Assembly (NCBI GenBank): GCA_029953675.1 | Contig: JAMWBK010000010.1 | Span: forward strand, 620,001 to 684,000 | Reading direction: 5' to 3' | DNA length: 64,000 nt | Source: Rhodosorus marinus CCMP1338 | Lineage: Eukaryota > Plantae > Rhodophyta | Shown: in pieces, positions 61,112-64,000 of the stretch | Layout: the number at the start of each line of letters is the position of its first letter | Position numbering within the stretch: the stretch's first letter is position 1 | Position numbers and translations under genes: made by a program | The notes under the pieces: generated by a model | What the model was told of the DNA's origin: nothing | Seen by the model: the letters and a program-made list of their open reading frames with translations, nothing else | The model's database searches: none

Positions 61112-62266
61112 GCGAGAGTCACCAGACAAGCGGCGGACGGGGGTTATCCCCGAGTTGTAAACTAGAAATTTTGTTCATCCTGATAACCTTCCAGCATGCT
61201 ATCCTCCTAGACTCCGTCCAGGATTGGAATCCTGTTCTAAACAGAACTGTTTACGGTACCACCGTGGATGGCGTTCATGACACAGCACAGTGCAAGCAAG
61301 CTTCATCGGATCCTGGCACTGCAACGTCGGATCCGACTCTTTGTACTTTCCTGTTAGCCACAAGATGGGAGGCGCTGATATCTAAAGGACGTTTATTAGG
61401 GCCAAAGGGATCAGTAGGAAGATCGATACGAAAACTACTCGCTCAACCATCCGGTCCTCCCCATTCAATCCAGTCTAGCATAAGGACAGCCTGTACAATC
61501 GAAACCACCCAACCACCACGACTTTATAATAACAATTATTTATTTGAGGTTCAATCAACATACACAGATTTTTCCCGGGAAAACGGAATGGAATGTACTA
61601 GAATTTTCTTCTTCCGCTAAAACATAAAAAACTTAGTGTTTTCGAGTACTGTTCACATGTACTATTGAGTCTTCGGATTTAAGTAAAAAGAAAGAATTTT
61701 CCTCCATGGCGCGCTCTCACCCAAGATTTTAAAATTGGCTTCTTTTATTACGAATAAAGATGATATCATCATATTTTGGCAAATCCTTTAAAATTATATT
61801 TATAAATGGGTTTATCGAATCCAGATTTACGTAGAGATCTTCTTTTTCACAGACCCTGATCTTGGATCCACAATATGTTCCAAATTATTATTATATTGTA
61901 TAATTAGGGTCAAATATGTATATCTTAATCCCCCATCCCCACCCCCCTTTCCAAGTTAGGGGGATATAATATAGTCTTAAATTATGACCGTAAAGAAATT
62001 TCCCGTCGGAAAAAAGGAGCAAGGACAAGCATTGGTCTAGATATTGTGGCCAAGCTGATCATATTGATTTCCAAGGGTTTTGGTTTTTAAGGTGTTTGGC
62101 CTTGAAAAAGGGGGTCTTGTTTTGAAGTCAACGAGCGTTTGGGTTTTTGGGCGGGTTGGGATGAGGGGGGGGGGGGGAGAAGAGAGGAGGAGAAAGAAGG
62201 TGGGATTGAAGAAGGGTAAGGAGTGTTACTCTGAGTGTTTGTGTGTGTGAGGCAGTGAGGGAAGAT

Positions 62267-62270
<4 letters not shown>

Positions 62271-62317
<47 letters not shown>
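62271..62317. repeat. (AG)n microsatellite of about 23 units
   Basis: Uninterrupted agag run upstream of the exonuclease gene. Confidence 0.97.
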
Positions 62318-62318
<1 letters not shown>

Positions 62319-62610
62319 GGAGAAGGGAGAAGGAGAGATTACTCCTCTTTCATTTAATGTTTTGAATCCGAGGCTAGTCTTGGCCACGGGGACCTTTTTT
62401 GTAGCTCGGGTACCTTCTCGGAATGTGTTTGCGGTAGTCGTGGTGGTGTACGCGTTCGAGCTCTGGTTTTTTTTTTATATGTAGATCTGTCCTTTGTGTT
62501 TTATATCTGAGGGGTATTTTTGGGGGCTGGAGACTTGGGTTGCTGTACAGCGGATGGGGGTGGTGAAGGTTTGTAGGAGATTTTGAAGGGTTGGAAATGT
62601 TCTGGGGTCG

Positions 62611-64000
62611 ATGTACAGACGACCAGTGTATCTGTTTCTAGAAGGGCTGAAGAATGTGCTGTCCGGAGCCGAGCAGAGAGTCTCGCGGCTGGTGGACGCG
62701 TTGGAAAGCCAGTCCGCTGATGTAAGCGCGATATCAGCGGGTTCCAGCAACGGGATCAGGGCAAATGCAGAGACTGCGACTTCTCAGGCTACAGGCGCCT
62801 ATGCTTCGATCCAAATGCAGGCACAGACTGCGGTTCTTTCTAGTACTGTCCAAGAACCTCCCCCTGGACTGATTTCTACCCCGGTAAGGCCAGGCAGAAG
62901 CTGCTTTGTCTGCAACTGATTAGAGAAACTGAGCTCCATCTGGAACTTCGCTTGTGGGTCTTACCAGGCAATCGTTGGGACCAACACCCAGTCTGGATGC
63001 CATCCAGGACTGCCGAACAATTCTAAGGATCGGATGACAATTCCAATCAACCATAGCTTGGAGGCCACCATCGCTCGGAAAGCTTCGGGCGATGAGACAA
63101 TGAAACTTGGGCGCCAGGAAGCACCGGCGGAGCGGCTGAGGGCGTGAGTACTTGGTTCTTCGTGAGGATGATGATCCCGCCCCTCCAATCCAATGCTAAT
63201 AGAGTTATACTCTATTGCAGGCCCAAGCAAGTTCGTCCCAAGGAGTGGTACGTGATAGACGCCATGAACCTGATCTTCCGTTTCTACCACGCCAGAAACC
63301 TCCATTATAGAGCGAGGCCTTCTTCCTTGAATGAGACGTCGTTGGCAATGTTGTCCATGTTAATTCGTCGATTGATAAGGTTGGTGGACGACCATGCGAA
63401 AGATGGGAATCCCCTCGTCATGGTGTTTGATGCGAGACATCTTGCCACAAAGAGTGGGCAGCGTCTCGCAATCTTGCCAACGTACAAGAAAGGAAGGTAC
63501 TCGCTTTTGTTCAAGATCAAGCTCACTTTTTCTACTCTGTACACGTAGAATTTTCAAAGAACACCAAATCACCCAAAACCGGATAGGGTTTACGCTGATT
63601 AGTTCTTTTTGCGTGCTTTGTACAGACCACCAATGCCAGAGGATCTCAAGCAAATAGTTCCTGAACTCAAAGCCGCGGCGTTTGCGCTGGGCGCGAATCT
63701 GTTAGAGGTGGGCTCTACACGAACGAGGATGGACGTCGATTTGCCCTCTAACTCGTTTCTCTCTCTATTCAGCTCGGTGGCTTCGAGGCTGACGACGTGA
63801 TCGGTAGCCTGGCCACTCAAGTTCGCGACCGTGGGGAGAAGATGTATATTGTTTCCAATGATAAGGATTTTCAACAGCTTCTTGAAGATGATAAGATTTT
63901 CCTGCTTAAACCAGTCTTTAACTCAAAGGAAAAACGCTGGTCGACCATGACGGCAGAAGATTTCCGTGAATCTAACCATGGATTGGAGCCTTGCAAGTAC
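62611..64000 (+). CDS. DNA polymerase I-type 5'-3' exonuclease (flap endonuclease fold), probably organellar; continues past the window end
   Basis: WYVIDAMNL, VMVFDA, YKKGRPPMPEDL, GFEADDVIGSL, IVSNDKDFQQL. Exons 62611(start uncertain)-62883, 62968-63143, 63221-63496, 63626-63707, 63773 onward. Confidence 0.85.

Overview
Compact, intron-containing eukaryotic genomic DNA, most likely a red alga (inference). This rests on short GT-AG introns (mostly 65-125 nt), 'M..FV'-type plastid transit peptides, a plastid NTT, a plastid SppA, a long-form RSH and a K-box-less MEF2-type MADS gene; the species cannot be named from sequence alone. About 17 protein-coding genes were reconstructed by hand: MTR4 (runs off the window start), a TM-anchored TKL kinase, a CCD/RPE65-fold protein, a putative mitochondrial bS21, two tandem Spinster-type MFS paralogs, chorismate mutase, a secretory C2H2 protein, RSH, SppA, RPS24, ELP2, PrxQ/BCP, MADS, NTT, an Iwr1-like ORF, a Deg protease and a PolI-type 5'-3' exonuclease (runs off the window end). 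A scrambled Ty1/copia relic lies at about 13.3-16.3 kb and a gene-poor, probably TE-derived block at about 46-53 kb. The most interesting observations are (1) a CCD homolog that appears to have lost all four Fe-binding histidines, sitting behind a dense CCAAT-box cluster, (2) an RSH with an intact hydrolase but a degenerate synthetase, (3) an intron-like 93-nt insert with a perfect 23-bp hairpin inside the copia gag, and (4) several unexplained structured non-coding elements. No rRNA, tRNA, snRNA or CRISPR array could be supported. Exon boundaries are manual predictions.
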